From NCBI GenBank assembly GCA_039630085.1, contig JBCNVM010000016.1:1-21300 (forward strand): a stretch of DNA of 21,300 bases, written 5' to 3'. Origin of the DNA: Candidatus Caldarchaeales archaeon. Lineage in GTDB: Archaea > Thermoproteota > Nitrososphaeria_A > Caldarchaeales > Calditenuaceae. How positions within the stretch are numbered: the first letter of the stretch is position 1; the number at the start of each line of letters is the position of its first letter. Under the pieces are notes generated by a model. It was given only the letters and a program-made list of their open reading frames with translations, ran no database searches and was not told the DNA's origin. Below are positions 1 to 9,369 of the stretch, piece by piece. A program made the translations under genes and the position numbers.

Positions 1-49
1 TCTGGGAGAGCAATAACAGGCTCTGGGATAATCAGAACAAGCTCTGGGA
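1..49 (+). repeat. 21-nt period coding repeat (CTCTGGGA core)
   Basis: (C)TCTGGGA at 1, CTCTGGGA at 21 and 42, encoding LWE/LWD heptads; probably continues left of the window. Confidence 0.7.
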
Positions 50-473
50 GGAGGTCCGGGACATCCGGATAACCCTGAACAGAGTTTCAATCACGCTCGA
101 GAGGCTCACTATTAGCGTCGAGGAGGAAGCACTCAGCTTCATCAAACATAGACTGAAGACAGAGCTGGGCGTCGAGATAGAGCTAGACAGGATATTCATC
201 GACTCGAGGGAGATCAACATATACGGTGCCGCGGACGACCTCTGCGTTGTAGGTGAGGCTGCCGTAAGGCTCGGCACGGCTCTCGTAGACGAAGTTCTAG
301 ACAAGCTGAGTTTCATGAAGGCGAGGAGACCGGACCTGCTCAGAAAGAGGATCATCAAGGTGATCTACACGGATTACGCGACCCCGGATGCATTGAAGCG
401 AGCCGCTGAGAACAACGTCTGGGTTCTCAAGTGGAGCGGAGATCTGACACCCCGTAGGATAGAACAAGCATAG
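3..473 (+). CDS. 5'-truncated coiled-coil heptad-repeat protein with C-terminal PD-(D/E)XK-like domain (paREP/DUF3782-like hypothetical)
   Basis: Not in the ORF track because it has no start in the window. Open frame from nt 3 reads WESNNRLWDNQNKLWEEVRDIRITLNRVSITLERLTISVEEEAL...REINIYGAADDLCVVGEAAVRLG...IIKVIYTDYATPDALKRAAENNVWVLKWSGDLTPRRIEQA and stops at TAG 471-473. LWxx heptads plus the EINIYG..VVGEA motif resemble repeated crenarchaeal families; the family call is from recall. Confidence 0.75.
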   Translation, partial: WESNNRLWDNQNKLWEEVRDIRITLNRVSITLERLTISVEEEALSFIKHRLKTELGVEIELDRIFIDSREINIYGAADDLCVVGEAAVRLGTALVDEVLDKLSFMKARRPDLLRKRIIKVIYTDYATPDALKRAAENNVWVLKWSGDLTPRRIEQA

Positions 474-719
474 GACCGGACTCTCATCCGGCAGGGGGCA
501 TACCTCCTGATCTGTGGAGAGACGAAGGTCCTCCGGGAATGGGTCATGAACTCGGCGGCCCGTGATGGAGGATTCGTTGACGAGCTCTACCTATACGAAT
601 CGGACCTCCTCAATTTCGTGCGGGCGTCGGAAGAGCCGCAGACCAAGAACCTCGAGTACAACTTCGCGGCGTTCAGGGAGGCGAAAAAAGGTGAGATGGA
701 GAGGCTGCTGCCGAAGTGA
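474..719 (+). pseudogene. Short open frame or gene remnant of unknown function (ATG at 546 would give 57 aa)
   Basis: Stop-free from 474 to TGA 717-719 in the same frame as the upstream gene: ...LIRQGAYLLICGETKVLREWVMNSAARDGGFVDELYLYESDLLNFVRASEEPQTKNLEYNFAAFREAKKGEMERLLPK. Composition looks protein-like. Confidence 0.3.
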
Positions 720-886
720 AAGGTCTGTCGGCGATACAGCTCGTTCAAATGTCAATGCCCTGAACTGCGTCCGTCGATGACTACGGTATCGGACTTTTCG
801 GGCGACCTCGAGATAAAGCGTCCTCGGCGGAGGCTCGCCGCGTCAGAAAGGTAGCCCGGGGCGGATTCGAACCGCCGTCTCCGGGG

Positions 887-906
887 TTCCCCTCCGTCAC
901 GGGGAT
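887..906 (-). other. tRNA intron 2, canonical 37/38 position, 20 nt
   Basis: CTCT (32-35) pairs with intron GGGG; bulges GG|A and AA|C; inner helix TCC/GGA. Confidence 0.88.
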
Positions 907-922
907 CCAGAGCCCGGAATCC

Positions 923-939
923 TTGGCCCTCTGACCAGT
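923..939 (-). other. tRNA intron 1, D-loop position 21/22, 17 nt
   Basis: BHB-type motif: central helix GGCC/GGCC with 3-nt bulges AA|A and AA|G. Excision restores AGCGGCCAAGGAT. Confidence 0.85.
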
Positions 940-1066
940 TTGGCCGCTAGACGACCGGGCTTTCCGCGACACCGGATTAGGTGCGGATCGATTTAGACCT
1001 TTGCGCCTCAGAGAGGAGAGATTCGATGGTCAAGGAAATCGGCAGACGAGTCCTCTCGGGCTCGAG

Positions 1067-1627
1067 CTAGATCCAGCTCCCCTTCTCCCGAATCTCCTTC
1101 GCGGCGGCCTCGATCGCCTTGATTATGTTCACGTAACCCGTGCACCTGCAGAGGTTGCCGGCGATGCCCCTCCTGATCTCGTCCCTGGTCGGGTTCGGGT
1201 TGATCTTGAGGAAGCCCAACGCGGCGAGTATCATCCCGGGGGTGCAGTAGCCGCACTGGAGCGCGTGGTGCTCCCAGAAGGCCCTCTGGAGCGGGTGGAG
1301 CTCCCCGTCCCTCGCGAGGCCCTCGATCGTGATCATCTCGGCGCCGTCGGCCTGCGGGGTGAAGAAGGTGCAGGACTTCACGGCCCTCCACTCGTCACCC
1401 CACGGTCCCTTCATCAGCACGGTGCAGGCGCCGCAGTTGGAAGTGTCGCAGCCGATGTGCGTCCCGGTCAGCCCCAGTACGTCCCTGATGTAGTGAACGA
1501 GGAGGAGCCTCGGCTCGACCTCGTGGGAGTACTCGACGCCGTTGACCTTGACCCGCACGGCGACCTTCGAGAGCGGGGTCGCTGCCCTTCGCGCCCGCGC
1601 CCTCGTCCTAACGGCCCTCCTCGCCAC
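1067..1627 (-). CDS. coxS: Xanthine dehydrogenase/aerobic CO dehydrogenase family small [2Fe-2S] subunit
   Basis: [24 protein letters not shown] and GNLCRCTGY motifs. SD-like GGAGGTGA lies in the end of coxM. Confidence 0.95.
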   Translation of the reverse strand: MARRAVRTRARARRAATPLSKVAVRVKVNGVEYSHEVEPRLLLVHYIRDVLGLTGTHIGCDTSNCGACTVLMKGPWGDEWRAVKSCTFFTPQADGAEMITIEGLARDGELHPLQRAFWEHHALQCGYCTPGMILAALGFLKINPNPTRDEIRRGIAGNLCRCTGYVNIIKAIEAAAKEIREKGSWI

Positions 1628-1628
1628 G

Positions 1629-2525
1629 TCACCTCACCTCCGCGACCTGGGGCTTGATGAGGTTTGCGCGCTCGCAGGCCTCGACCAGCGCCCTCCTGAC
1701 GAAGACCTTGACCATCTCCCGCTTGTACTCGGCGCTCCCCCTCAGGTCGGAGGTCGGCTCCGCCGGTTCCGCGGCCTTCTCCGCGGCGCTCCTGAGCAGG
1801 TCCATCGTCGGGGCCTTCCCGATCAGCATCCTCTCGGACTCGGTCGCCCTGTAGGGCCTCGTGTGGACCGCGCCTACCGCGATCGACGCCCTCTCCACGC
1901 GGCCGCCCTTCCCCGGGACGACGATGACCGCCGCGTTGACCGTGGCGTAGTCGCCCGCCTTCCTCTCGAACTTCTTCCAGGACCAACCGTGGTTCGGCGG
2001 AGGCTTCGGGATCACGACCTCCGTCAGGACCTCGTAGTACCTCAGGGCGGTGGTGAAGGGCCCCTGGAAGAACTTCGAGGCCGGAATCCTGCGCGTCCTG
2101 CCCCCGTAGGCGACCAGCGTCGCGTCGGCCGCTAAGGCCACCACCGGCCAGTCGGACGCGGGGTCCGCGTGCGCAAGGGAGCCGCCTATCGTCCCCATGT
2201 TCCTCACCTGCATGTCGCCTATGTGCTCGGCCGCGGCCGGCATTATCGGGAGGACCCGCTTCAGCTCCGCGGAGTGCTCGATCTCCGCGTGCCTCGTGAG
2301 CGCGCCTATCCTGACGGACCTGCCGTCGACCCTGATGTACGCGAGCCTCGGCCTGAGGTTCTTCATGTCCACGACCACTTGGGGCGTCGAGAGCCTGAGC
2401 TTCATCAGCGGGACAAGGCTGTGCCCGCCCGCGAGGAGCTTCGCCTCGCCCTTGAACTGCCTGAGGATCCGAACGGCCTCCTGGGGCGTCTTCGGCGCGA
2501 CATACGTGAAGGACGCGGGAATCAT
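1629..2525 (-). CDS. coxM: Xanthine dehydrogenase/aerobic CO dehydrogenase family FAD-binding medium subunit
   Basis: MIPASFTY start, [49 protein letters not shown]-like CTTAAC ~27 nt upstream. Confidence 0.95.
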   Translation of the reverse strand: MIPASFTYVAPKTPQEAVRILRQFKGEAKLLAGGHSLVPLMKLRLSTPQVVVDMKNLRPRLAYIRVDGRSVRIGALTRHAEIEHSAELKRVLPIMPAAAEHIGDMQVRNMGTIGGSLAHADPASDWPVVALAADATLVAYGGRTRRIPASKFFQGPFTTALRYYEVLTEVVIPKPPPNHGWSWKKFERKAGDYATVNAAVIVVPGKGGRVERASIAVGAVHTRPYRATESERMLIGKAPTMDLLRSAAEKAAEPAEPTSDLRGSAEYKREMVKVFVRRALVEACERANLIKPQVAEVR

Positions 2526-2627
2526 ACGGTCTAGACGGCTCGTGCGCGTTAGTTAAGCGTTTCCGTGGAAGCCCGAAGGACGAGGAGGGCCGGACGATTT
2601 ATCTCGAGCGGAGGAGATCCGCGGGGC

Positions 2628-3008
2628 GTGAGCGGGCGGCCGAGGGGCACGAGGCTCGAGAGGTACGGGAGCATCGTCGACAGGGTCGAGAGGTACGAGC
2701 TCGTGGAGGACTACGGCGAGGTCGTGAGGAGGGCTAGGGAGGCGAAGTTCCTGACTAGGGAGCAGCTGGCGGAGCTCGTGGGCGAGAAGGCCTCGACGAT
2801 CAGGAGGATCGAGAACGGCGAGCTGAGGCCCTCGATGGAGATGGCGCGGAAGCTCGAGAAGGTCCTGAAGGTCAAGCTACTGGTCGAGTCGACCGACGAG
2901 GTCCTCGAGAAGGCCCTCAGGAAGGCCTCGAAGCAGGTCCCCACGCTCGGCGACATGCTGGAAGGGGAGGACCAGCCCGGCTCCGGGCAGAGCTCGAGGA
3001 AGGCCTGA
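2628..3008 (+). CDS. mbf1: Archaeal multiprotein bridging factor 1 (Cro-like HTH), apparently without the N-terminal zinc ribbon
   Basis: YELVEDYGEVVRRAREAKFLTREQLAELVGEKASTIRRIENGELRP..LEKVLKVKL..PTLGD, next to hflX. GTG 2628 is preferred over 2565 because TTTAT lies at 2598-2602. Confidence 0.85.
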   Translation: MSGRPRGTRLERYGSIVDRVERYELVEDYGEVVRRAREAKFLTREQLAELVGEKASTIRRIENGELRPSMEMARKLEKVLKVKLLVESTDEVLEKALRKASKQVPTLGDMLEGEDQPGSGQSSRKA

Positions 3009-3068
3009 AGGCGCGTCGGCTGCCGCGTCCGCATACTCTTAAGAGCCGGGCGGGGACTCTCGCGGCGG

Positions 3069-4376
3069 GTGGTGGGCTTAGCGGGGAACAGGAGGGTCGC
3101 GATCGTCCACAGGCTCTACCCCTGGGAGGAGGACAACCTCGACGAGCTCGAGGAGCTCTGCAGGACCGCGGAGTACGAGGTTGTGTACAGGCTCGTCCAG
3201 CGCCGCTTCCCGCACCCCGTCTACAACATCGGGCCCTCGAAGGTCAGGGAGCTGAAGGAGGCCGTCAGGAGGCTCGGGATAACGAAGGTGGTCTTCGAGA
3301 ACGAGCTGAAGCCCGTGCAGGAGTACAACCTCGCCAAGGAGCTGAACGTCGACGTGATCACGAGGATCAGGCTGATACTGGAGATCTTCACGATGCACGC
3401 GACGAGCCTCGAGTCCCACCTCCAGATCAAGCTGGCGACGCTGAGGTACGAGCTCCCAAGGGCGAAGGAGAAGGTAAGGCTGGCGAAGCAGGGAGAGCAG
3501 CCGGGGTTCCACGGGCTCGGGGCCTACGAGGCCGATGTCTACTACGAGGAGGTCAGGAGGCAGGTGGCTGCGATCTCGAAGAAGCTCGAGGAGATCAGGA
3601 GGAGGAAGGAGTGGGAGGGGAGGCAGAGGAGGAGGTCGGGAATACCGACCGTCTCGCTGGCCGGGTACACCAACGCGGGGAAGTCGACGCTCTTCACGAG
3701 GCTGACCTCTGTCCCGACGGAGATCTCGGACGCGATGTTCACGACCCTCTCGACGAAGAGGAGGCTCACGAGGCTGGACGGGAGGCCGGTCTACGTCTCG
3801 GACACCGTCGGTTTCATCAGGAACGTGCCCACGCTGCTGATCTCGGCGTTCATGTCGACGCTGATGGAGATAGCCGACTCCGACCTCGTGCTGCTGGTGC
3901 TGGACGTCTCCGAGCCCGTCGAGGTCCTCAGGACGAAGCTCGAGGTCTCTCTGAACACGCTCAGGCAGATCGGCGCCAGCGGCATCCCCGCGGTCGTGGC
4001 TTTGAACAAGGTCGACCTGCTGACCGAGGAGGAGCTGAGGGAGCGGACGGCGGAGCTCGACCTCGGGGGACTTCCGGCTGTCCCTGTCTCCGCGATGACC
4101 GGCGAAGGGATCGAAGCTCTGGTCGCGGAGGTCCTGAGGCACCTCCCGGGCCTCGTGAGGTTCGAGGCGAAGCTCGACTACGGCGAATCGGTCAACGAGC
4201 TCCTCGAGGACCTCTACGCGCACGGGAGGGTCGAGAGCGTCGAGTATCTGAGCGACGGCGTCAGGGTGGTCGCGGAGGCACCCTCCCACCTCGCCGAGAG
4301 GGTCAGGGCCCTCGCGAGGGGAAAGGGGTTCGCGGTGATCCCCCAGGGCGGACTCGAGCTCCGGGACGCCGGCTGA
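3069..4376 (+). CDS. hflX: GTPase HflX
   Basis: N-terminal HflX domain (LILEIF..A...E..LQIKLA.LRY), G1 GYTNAGKS, G2 FTTL, G3 DTVG, G4 NKVD, G5 SA. TTTAAG at 3038-3043. Confidence 0.96.
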   Translation: MVGLAGNRRVAIVHRLYPWEEDNLDELEELCRTAEYEVVYRLVQRRFPHPVYNIGPSKVRELKEAVRRLGITKVVFENELKPVQEYNLAKELNVDVITRIRLILEIFTMHATSLESHLQIKLATLRYELPRAKEKVRLAKQGEQPGFHGLGAYEADVYYEEVRRQVAAISKKLEEIRRRKEWEGRQRRRSGIPTVSLAGYTNAGKSTLFTRLTSVPTEISDAMFTTLSTKRRLTRLDGRPVYVSDTVGFIRNVPTLLISAFMSTLMEIADSDLVLLVLDVSEPVEVLRTKLEVSLNTLRQIGASGIPAVVALNKVDLLTEEELRERTAELDLGGLPAVPVSAMTGEGIEALVAEVLRHLPGLVRFEAKLDYGESVNELLEDLYAHGRVESVEYLSDGVRVVAEAPSHLAERVRALARGKGFAVIPQGGLELRDAG

Positions 4377-4428
4377 GCCCGGAGACCAAGCTCTATCTAG
4401 AGGCGAAGGTCACCCGCTCGGTCGGAGT

Positions 4429-5448
4429 ATGTACAGGATAGCGGTGATACCGGGGGACGGGATAGGCCCGGTGGTCGTCAGGGAGGCGAAGAGGGTTTTG
4501 GAGCTCGCGGCCGCGAGGAGGTCCCTCTCGCTTGAGTTCGTGGAGGCTCCGGCGGGCGACGCGGTCCTCGAGGAGACTGGCGTTGCGCTGCCGAAGAACT
4601 CGCTCGAGAGGATCAAGGGCGCCGACGCGTGCCTGAAGGGCCCCGTGGGCGAGACGGCGAGGGACGTGATCGTCTTCCTGAGGAGGGAGCTCGACCTCTA
4701 CGCGAACCTGCGGCCTGCCAAGACGATGAGAGGGGTGCCCTCGAGGTACGGGAACGTGGACCTCCTGATCGTCAGGGAGAACGTCGAGGACGTCTACAAG
4801 GGGGTCGAGGACGTCGGCCCGGACCACGCGGTCTCCGTGGCGATCTACACCAGAAGGGGGACCGAGAGGATAGCCAAGATGGCCTGTAGGCACGCGAGGA
4901 GGAGGTCCAAGAGGATAACGGTCGTCGACAAGGCGAACGTCCTCCTCTCCCACAGGTTCTTCAGGGAGGTGGCCGCGGAGGTGATCAGGTCCTACACGGA
5001 CATCTCCTGCGAGTTCATGTACGTCGACAACGCCGCCTACCAGCTCGTAGTGAGGCCCGAGAGGTTCGACGTGATCCTGACCACCAACATGTTCGGAGAC
5101 ATCCTCAGCGACGAGGCCGCCGGCGTCTGCGGGACGCTGGGGGTCGCGCCCTCCGCGAACGTCGGCGACCGCTACGGCCTCTTCGAGCCCGTCCACGGCT
5201 CCGCGCCCGACATAGAGCCCGAGACCGCGAACCCAACGGCGATGATCCTCGCGGCCGCGATGATGCTGAGCTGGCTGGGGGAGAGCAGGGGCGACGAGAG
5301 GGCGGCGGCCGCGGGGAGGGAGGTGGAGAGGGCGGTGGAGCTGACGCTGGAGGAGGACAGGGTGAGGACCAGGGACATGGGAGGGACCGCGACGGCCTCG
5401 AGGTTCACCGACGAGGTCCTCAGGAGGCTCTCAGAGGGGACCCGGTGA
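4429..5448 (+). CDS. leuB: Isocitrate/isopropylmalate dehydrogenase family, probably 3-isopropylmalate dehydrogenase
   Basis: [52 protein letters not shown]. Adjacent to ilvD; substrate specificity is inferred. Confidence 0.82.
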   Translation: MYRIAVIPGDGIGPVVVREAKRVLELAAARRSLSLEFVEAPAGDAVLEETGVALPKNSLERIKGADACLKGPVGETARDVIVFLRRELDLYANLRPAKTMRGVPSRYGNVDLLIVRENVEDVYKGVEDVGPDHAVSVAIYTRRGTERIAKMACRHARRRSKRITVVDKANVLLSHRFFREVAAEVIRSYTDISCEFMYVDNAAYQLVVRPERFDVILTTNMFGDILSDEAAGVCGTLGVAPSANVGDRYGLFEPVHGSAPDIEPETANPTAMILAAAMMLSWLGESRGDERAAAAGREVERAVELTLEEDRVRTRDMGGTATASRFTDEVLRRLSEGTR

Positions 5449-7131
5449 AGTGACCGCTCCCCTGCTGGCTGACTGGACGAGCGCCGCGTACTTCGCCAGC
5501 AGGCCCGCCCTCGCCCTCAAAGGCTTCGGCCTCCACTCCTCCATCCTTCTCCTGAGCTCGCCATCGGGAATCAGGACCTCGAGCCTCCCAGCCTCCGCGT
5601 CTATCAGGACCCTGTCGCCGTCCCGAAGCGCCGCGATGGGCCCGCCCGACGCCGCCTCCGGCGAGACGTGACCCACCATCATCCCCCTGGTCGCGCCGCT
5701 GAACCTCCCGTCGGTCACCATCGCGACCGATTCCCCTAGCCCGGCGCCGACGACCGCGGCGGTCACCCTGAGCATCTCGGGCATGCCCGGAGCGCCCTTC
5801 GGCCCGACGTACCTGATCGCGATCACGTCGCCCTCCGAGATCTCGTTCCTCCTGACGGCCTCGAAGGCCGAGTCCTCGTCGTCGAAGACCCTCGCCCTCC
5901 CCTCGAACCTCGACAGCCCGGTCGCGGCGACCTTGAGGACCGCGCCCTCGGGGGCCAAGTTCCCCCAGAGGATCCTGATGCCGCCGGTCGGCCTGAAGGG
6001 CCTCGTCGGGTCCCTGACGATGTGCTCGTGGGGCACCTCAACGTGCCTGTACTCCCTGAGGCTCTGCGCGAGCGTCTTGCCCGTCACGGTCAGGGCTTCT
6101 CCCCTCAGGTATCCCCTCTCGAGGAGCTTCCTCAGCACCACGGGCACTCCTCCGACCGCGTCGAGGTCCGCCATCACGTAATCCCCGGCGGGCTTCATGC
6201 TGGCGATGTACGGCACCCTCCTCGAGACCTCGTCGATGTCCCTGATGGTGAAGTCGACGCCGGCCTCATGGGCGATCGCCAGGAGGTGGAGGATCGCGTT
6301 GGTCGAGCCCGCGGTGGCCATGAGGAGGACGGTCGCGTTGTAGAGGGCGTCGTAGGTCACTATGTCCCTCGCCCTGATCCCGTTCTCGATCAGCTGACCC
6401 AGGGCCTTCCCGCTCAGGTAGCAGTACTGGGCCCTCCTCGCGGACGTCGCGACCGGCGTCGAGGACCCGAGGAGCGCGACCCCCATCGCCTCGCTGATGC
6501 TGGCCATCGTGTTCGCGGTGAAGAGGCCCGCGCACGTCCCGACCGTCGGATGGGCCCTCCGCTCGATCTCGTGGAGCTCCTCCTCGGTGACCTTCCCCCT
6601 GATGTAGGCGCCCATCCCCTCGTAGATCTCCTCGATCGTGAGCTTCCTCTCGCCGAGGTAGCCGGGCTCCGCGGAGCCGCCGTACACGAAGACCGAGGGG
6701 AGGTTCAGCCTGACCATCGCCATCATGATCCCGGGCTGGGTCTTGTCGCAGCCCCCGATCCCCACGAACCCGTCGAAGGCGTGGGCCAGCACTTGGGCCT
6801 CGATCGTGTCGGCGATCACCTCCCTGCTCACGAGGCTGTACCTCATCCCGTCGGTGCCCATGCTGATGTTGTCGTTGACCACGATCGTCGGGACCGCGAG
6901 CCCCGTCACGCCGGCCGCCTCCATCCCGCCCCTGACGTGCCTGACTAGGTCGAGCGTGTGGAAGTTGCAGGGCCCGGCCTCGCTCCACGCGACGACGATG
7001 CCCCCGAGGGGCCTCGCGATCTCGCTGTCGGTGAGCCCGATCGCCCTCAGGAAGGCCCTGTGGGCCGCGTTCAGGACGCCGTGGTACCTCTGCTGGCTGG
7101 GGAGGGACCTCTGCCCGAGTCTGGCCTCCAT
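5431..7131 (-). CDS. ilvD: Dihydroxy-acid dehydratase
   Basis: Cys ligands AGPCN, GGCDKT and [12 protein letters not shown], plus [31 protein letters not shown]. Start moved to ATG 7131 (TATA-like ATAATA at 7155-7160). Overlaps leuB by 18 bp, convergent. Confidence 0.96.
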   Translation of the reverse strand: MEARLGQRSLPSQQRYHGVLNAAHRAFLRAIGLTDSEIARPLGGIVVAWSEAGPCNFHTLDLVRHVRGGMEAAGVTGLAVPTIVVNDNISMGTDGMRYSLVSREVIADTIEAQVLAHAFDGFVGIGGCDKTQPGIMMAMVRLNLPSVFVYGGSAEPGYLGERKLTIEEIYEGMGAYIRGKVTEEELHEIERRAHPTVGTCAGLFTANTMASISEAMGVALLGSSTPVATSARRAQYCYLSGKALGQLIENGIRARDIVTYDALYNATVLLMATAGSTNAILHLLAIAHEAGVDFTIRDIDEVSRRVPYIASMKPAGDYVMADLDAVGGVPVVLRKLLERGYLRGEALTVTGKTLAQSLREYRHVEVPHEHIVRDPTRPFRPTGGIRILWGNLAPEGAVLKVAATGLSRFEGRARVFDDEDSAFEAVRRNEISEGDVIAIRYVGPKGAPGMPEMLRVTAAVVGAGLGESVAMVTDGRFSGATRGMMVGHVSPEAASGGPIAALRDGDRVLIDAEAGRLEVLIPDGELRRRMEEWRPKPLRARAGLLAKYAALVQSASRGAVTSPGPL

Positions 7132-7247
7132 GCCCGGAGGGGCGACCCGCCCGGTATTATCGCTTCCTCGACCCGATGATCCCTCAGGCGCCACCCGCCC
7201 GCGCGGCTCGGGTTTAAGTGAACGGAGCGTCAAATCCGGCCGACGCG

Positions 7248-9290
7248 ATGGGGATAGTCAAGCTGGTCAGGGCGAGGGTGCTGACGACTAGGCGGAAGTC
7301 CGAGGAGGTCCTCAACGAGCTCTACAGGTTCGGGGAGTTCCACGTTGAGGAGTCCGAGGGCGAGAGGCTGAAGGAGGTGGAGGACCTTTACGCGAGGGCC
7401 AGGGAGCTCTACTTCGAGCTGGAGGCGGCGGTCAGGGAGCTGAACGTCTCCCCGGAGAGGGGACCGCTGGAGGTGCTGACGAAGGGCGACCTTCCCGACC
7501 CAGAGGTCGTCGAGGTGAGCAGGGTCCGGGAGGCCCTAGAGAGGCTGGAGGCCGAGGCCCGGCCGACGCTCGAGGAGCTCAGGAGGCTCAGGAGGGAGCA
7601 GGAGGAGATCTCCGCGAGGGTCAGGGAGCTGAGGAGGAGGCTCGAGGACCTGGAGGCCCTAGCCGTCCTAGGACGCGATGCGAAGAGCCTGAGGGGCCTG
7701 AAGAGGCTCAGGGCGAACGTCTTCGTCGTCCCCAGCTCGGCGGTCGAGGAGGCCAGGAAGGCCTTCCAGGACTTCGTCGTGGTGGACCAGCCGATCGGCG
7801 AGGGCAGGTCGATCGTCCTCGTGCTCTCGAGGGTTCAGGACGCCGACAGGGTCCTCAGGATAGCCAGGGGGATGAACCTCGCGCACCTGAGGCTCGAGGC
7901 CGTCCCGGAGGACCCTGCAGAGGAGGCGGCGAGGCTCAGGGCCGAGATCGGGTCGCTGGAGTCGAAGAGGTCCGAGGTCGAGAGGCTGGTGGCCGAGATC
8001 AGGCTCGAGAGGGGTCCGAGGATAGCGGCGCTGAGGGACTTGGCCCAGAGCCTGAGGTCTGGCCTGGACAGGCTGAGGGAGCCGGGGCTCAGGAGGGTCG
8101 CGGTGATCGAGGGCTACCTGCCGGAGGAGAGGAGGGAGGAGTTCCTGAGGACGGTGGGGAGGAGGGCGTACGTCGAGCTGGAGGACGTCGAGGTCCACGG
8201 CCACCACGGCGAGCACTCCGGCCGCCAGGTCCCGACGCTGGTGAGGCACGGCAGGCTCGTCGAGTCCTTCAGCCCCGTCACCAGCATGCAGGGCGTCCCG
8301 GGGTACAACGAGGTCGATCCGACCCCCTTCGTCTCGGTCTTCATCGTCGTCTTCTACGGCATCATGTTCGCGGACCTCGGACAGGGCCTCGTGATCGCGG
8401 CGCTCGGACTGCTGCTCTGGAGGAAGGCCAAGGGGTACCTCAGGACCTGGGGGAAGCTTCTCACGTTCCTCGGCGCGGGCGCGGCCTCGGTGGGCTTCCT
8501 GATACAGGAGGCCTTCGGGTTCGGGATCTACGAGTACACCGGGATCAAGCCCGTCGTGGAGCTGATGGAGAAGCACGGAGGCACCAAGACGCTCAGCCAG
8601 GCCGCGGTCCTCACCCTCTTCACCTTCGCGCCCTTCCTCGGAGCGGTTCACATCATGCTCGGGATGCTCCTCGGCGCGATCAAGTACGCGAGGCAGGGCG
8701 AGCTCGGCGAGGCGATCTTCTCCAAGGGCGTCACGATGGTCATGTACCTGATGGGGATACTCTTCGCGATCGCGTTCATAGGCGCAGGCGGCTTCGAGGG
8801 TCTGACGACGCTGAACGAGCCCGCTCCCATCATAGGCTTGCCGGTAGCCACCGTGGGGACCGTCGCGCTCTACGGGATCGTCGCGTGCTTGGTCCTGCTG
8901 GTGATTGGGAGGCCGCTCTCGTCGGCGCTCGGCATAGGCCCGAAGACCTCGCTGGTCAGCGGAATAGGCGCGGGTCTCCTAGAGATCCTCGAGAACATCA
9001 TCCACTTCATGTCGAACACCCTCAGCTACCTCCGGGTACCGATACTGATGGTGATCCACGCGGCCCTGATGCTCCTCGTGAACTCGACCTACGCAGGCCT
9101 CGGGCTCGCGGCCCTCCCGATCCTCGTGATAGGGAACCTCGGCGTGATGGCCCTCGAGGGTACGCTGGCCTTCATCCAGGCCCTCAGGCTCCACCTCTAC
9201 GAGTTCTTCAGCAAGTTCTACGAGGGATCCGGGAGGCCGTTTGAGCCCCTCAGGCTCGACAGCAGGCTGGTCAGGATCCTGATCCGCTGA
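7248..9290 (+). CDS. atpI: A/V-type ATP synthase subunit I (a)
   Basis: Coiled-coil N-half, [29 protein letters not shown] (essential Arg), [29 protein letters not shown] 7248 preferred; TTTAAG at 7213-7218. Confidence 0.95.
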   Translation: MGIVKLVRARVLTTRRKSEEVLNELYRFGEFHVEESEGERLKEVEDLYARARELYFELEAAVRELNVSPERGPLEVLTKGDLPDPEVVEVSRVREALERLEAEARPTLEELRRLRREQEEISARVRELRRRLEDLEALAVLGRDAKSLRGLKRLRANVFVVPSSAVEEARKAFQDFVVVDQPIGEGRSIVLVLSRVQDADRVLRIARGMNLAHLRLEAVPEDPAEEAARLRAEIGSLESKRSEVERLVAEIRLERGPRIAALRDLAQSLRSGLDRLREPGLRRVAVIEGYLPEERREEFLRTVGRRAYVELEDVEVHGHHGEHSGRQVPTLVRHGRLVESFSPVTSMQGVPGYNEVDPTPFVSVFIVVFYGIMFADLGQGLVIAALGLLLWRKAKGYLRTWGKLLTFLGAGAASVGFLIQEAFGFGIYEYTGIKPVVELMEKHGGTKTLSQAAVLTLFTFAPFLGAVHIMLGMLLGAIKYARQGELGEAIFSKGVTMVMYLMGILFAIAFIGAGGFEGLTTLNEPAPIIGLPVATVGTVALYGIVACLVLLVIGRPLSSALGIGPKTSLVSGIGAGLLEILENIIHFMSNTLSYLRVPILMVIHAALMLLVNSTYAGLGLAALPILVIGNLGVMALEGTLAFIQALRLHLYEFFSKFYEGSGRPFEPLRLDSRLVRILIR

Positions 9291-9369
9291 GGCTCCCCGC
9301 CCATCCCCACTCGGTGATCCCGCGCCGCCGCGACCAACTTAATACCCCGCGGAGCCCGCGTGAGGGGGC

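Larger units (their letters stand above)
852..961 (-). tRNA. tRNA-Gln (anticodon CUG) with two introns
   Basis: Minus strand: acceptor AGCCCGG/CCGGGCT with A1-U72 typical of archaeal tRNA-Gln, discriminator A, T-arm GGCGG-TTCGAAT-CCGCC, anticodon stem CCGGG/CCCGG with CT-CTG-G. Removing 17 + 20 nt of intron gives a 73-nt cloverleaf. Full CCA is not encoded (CCT follows). Confidence 0.96.

Noticed and set aside
781-972. 63-aa minus-strand ORF
   Set aside because: It overlaps the tRNA-Gln gene.
1565-1627. Tat signal peptide on CoxS (RR pairs)
   Set aside because: No hydrophobic region follows the arginines.
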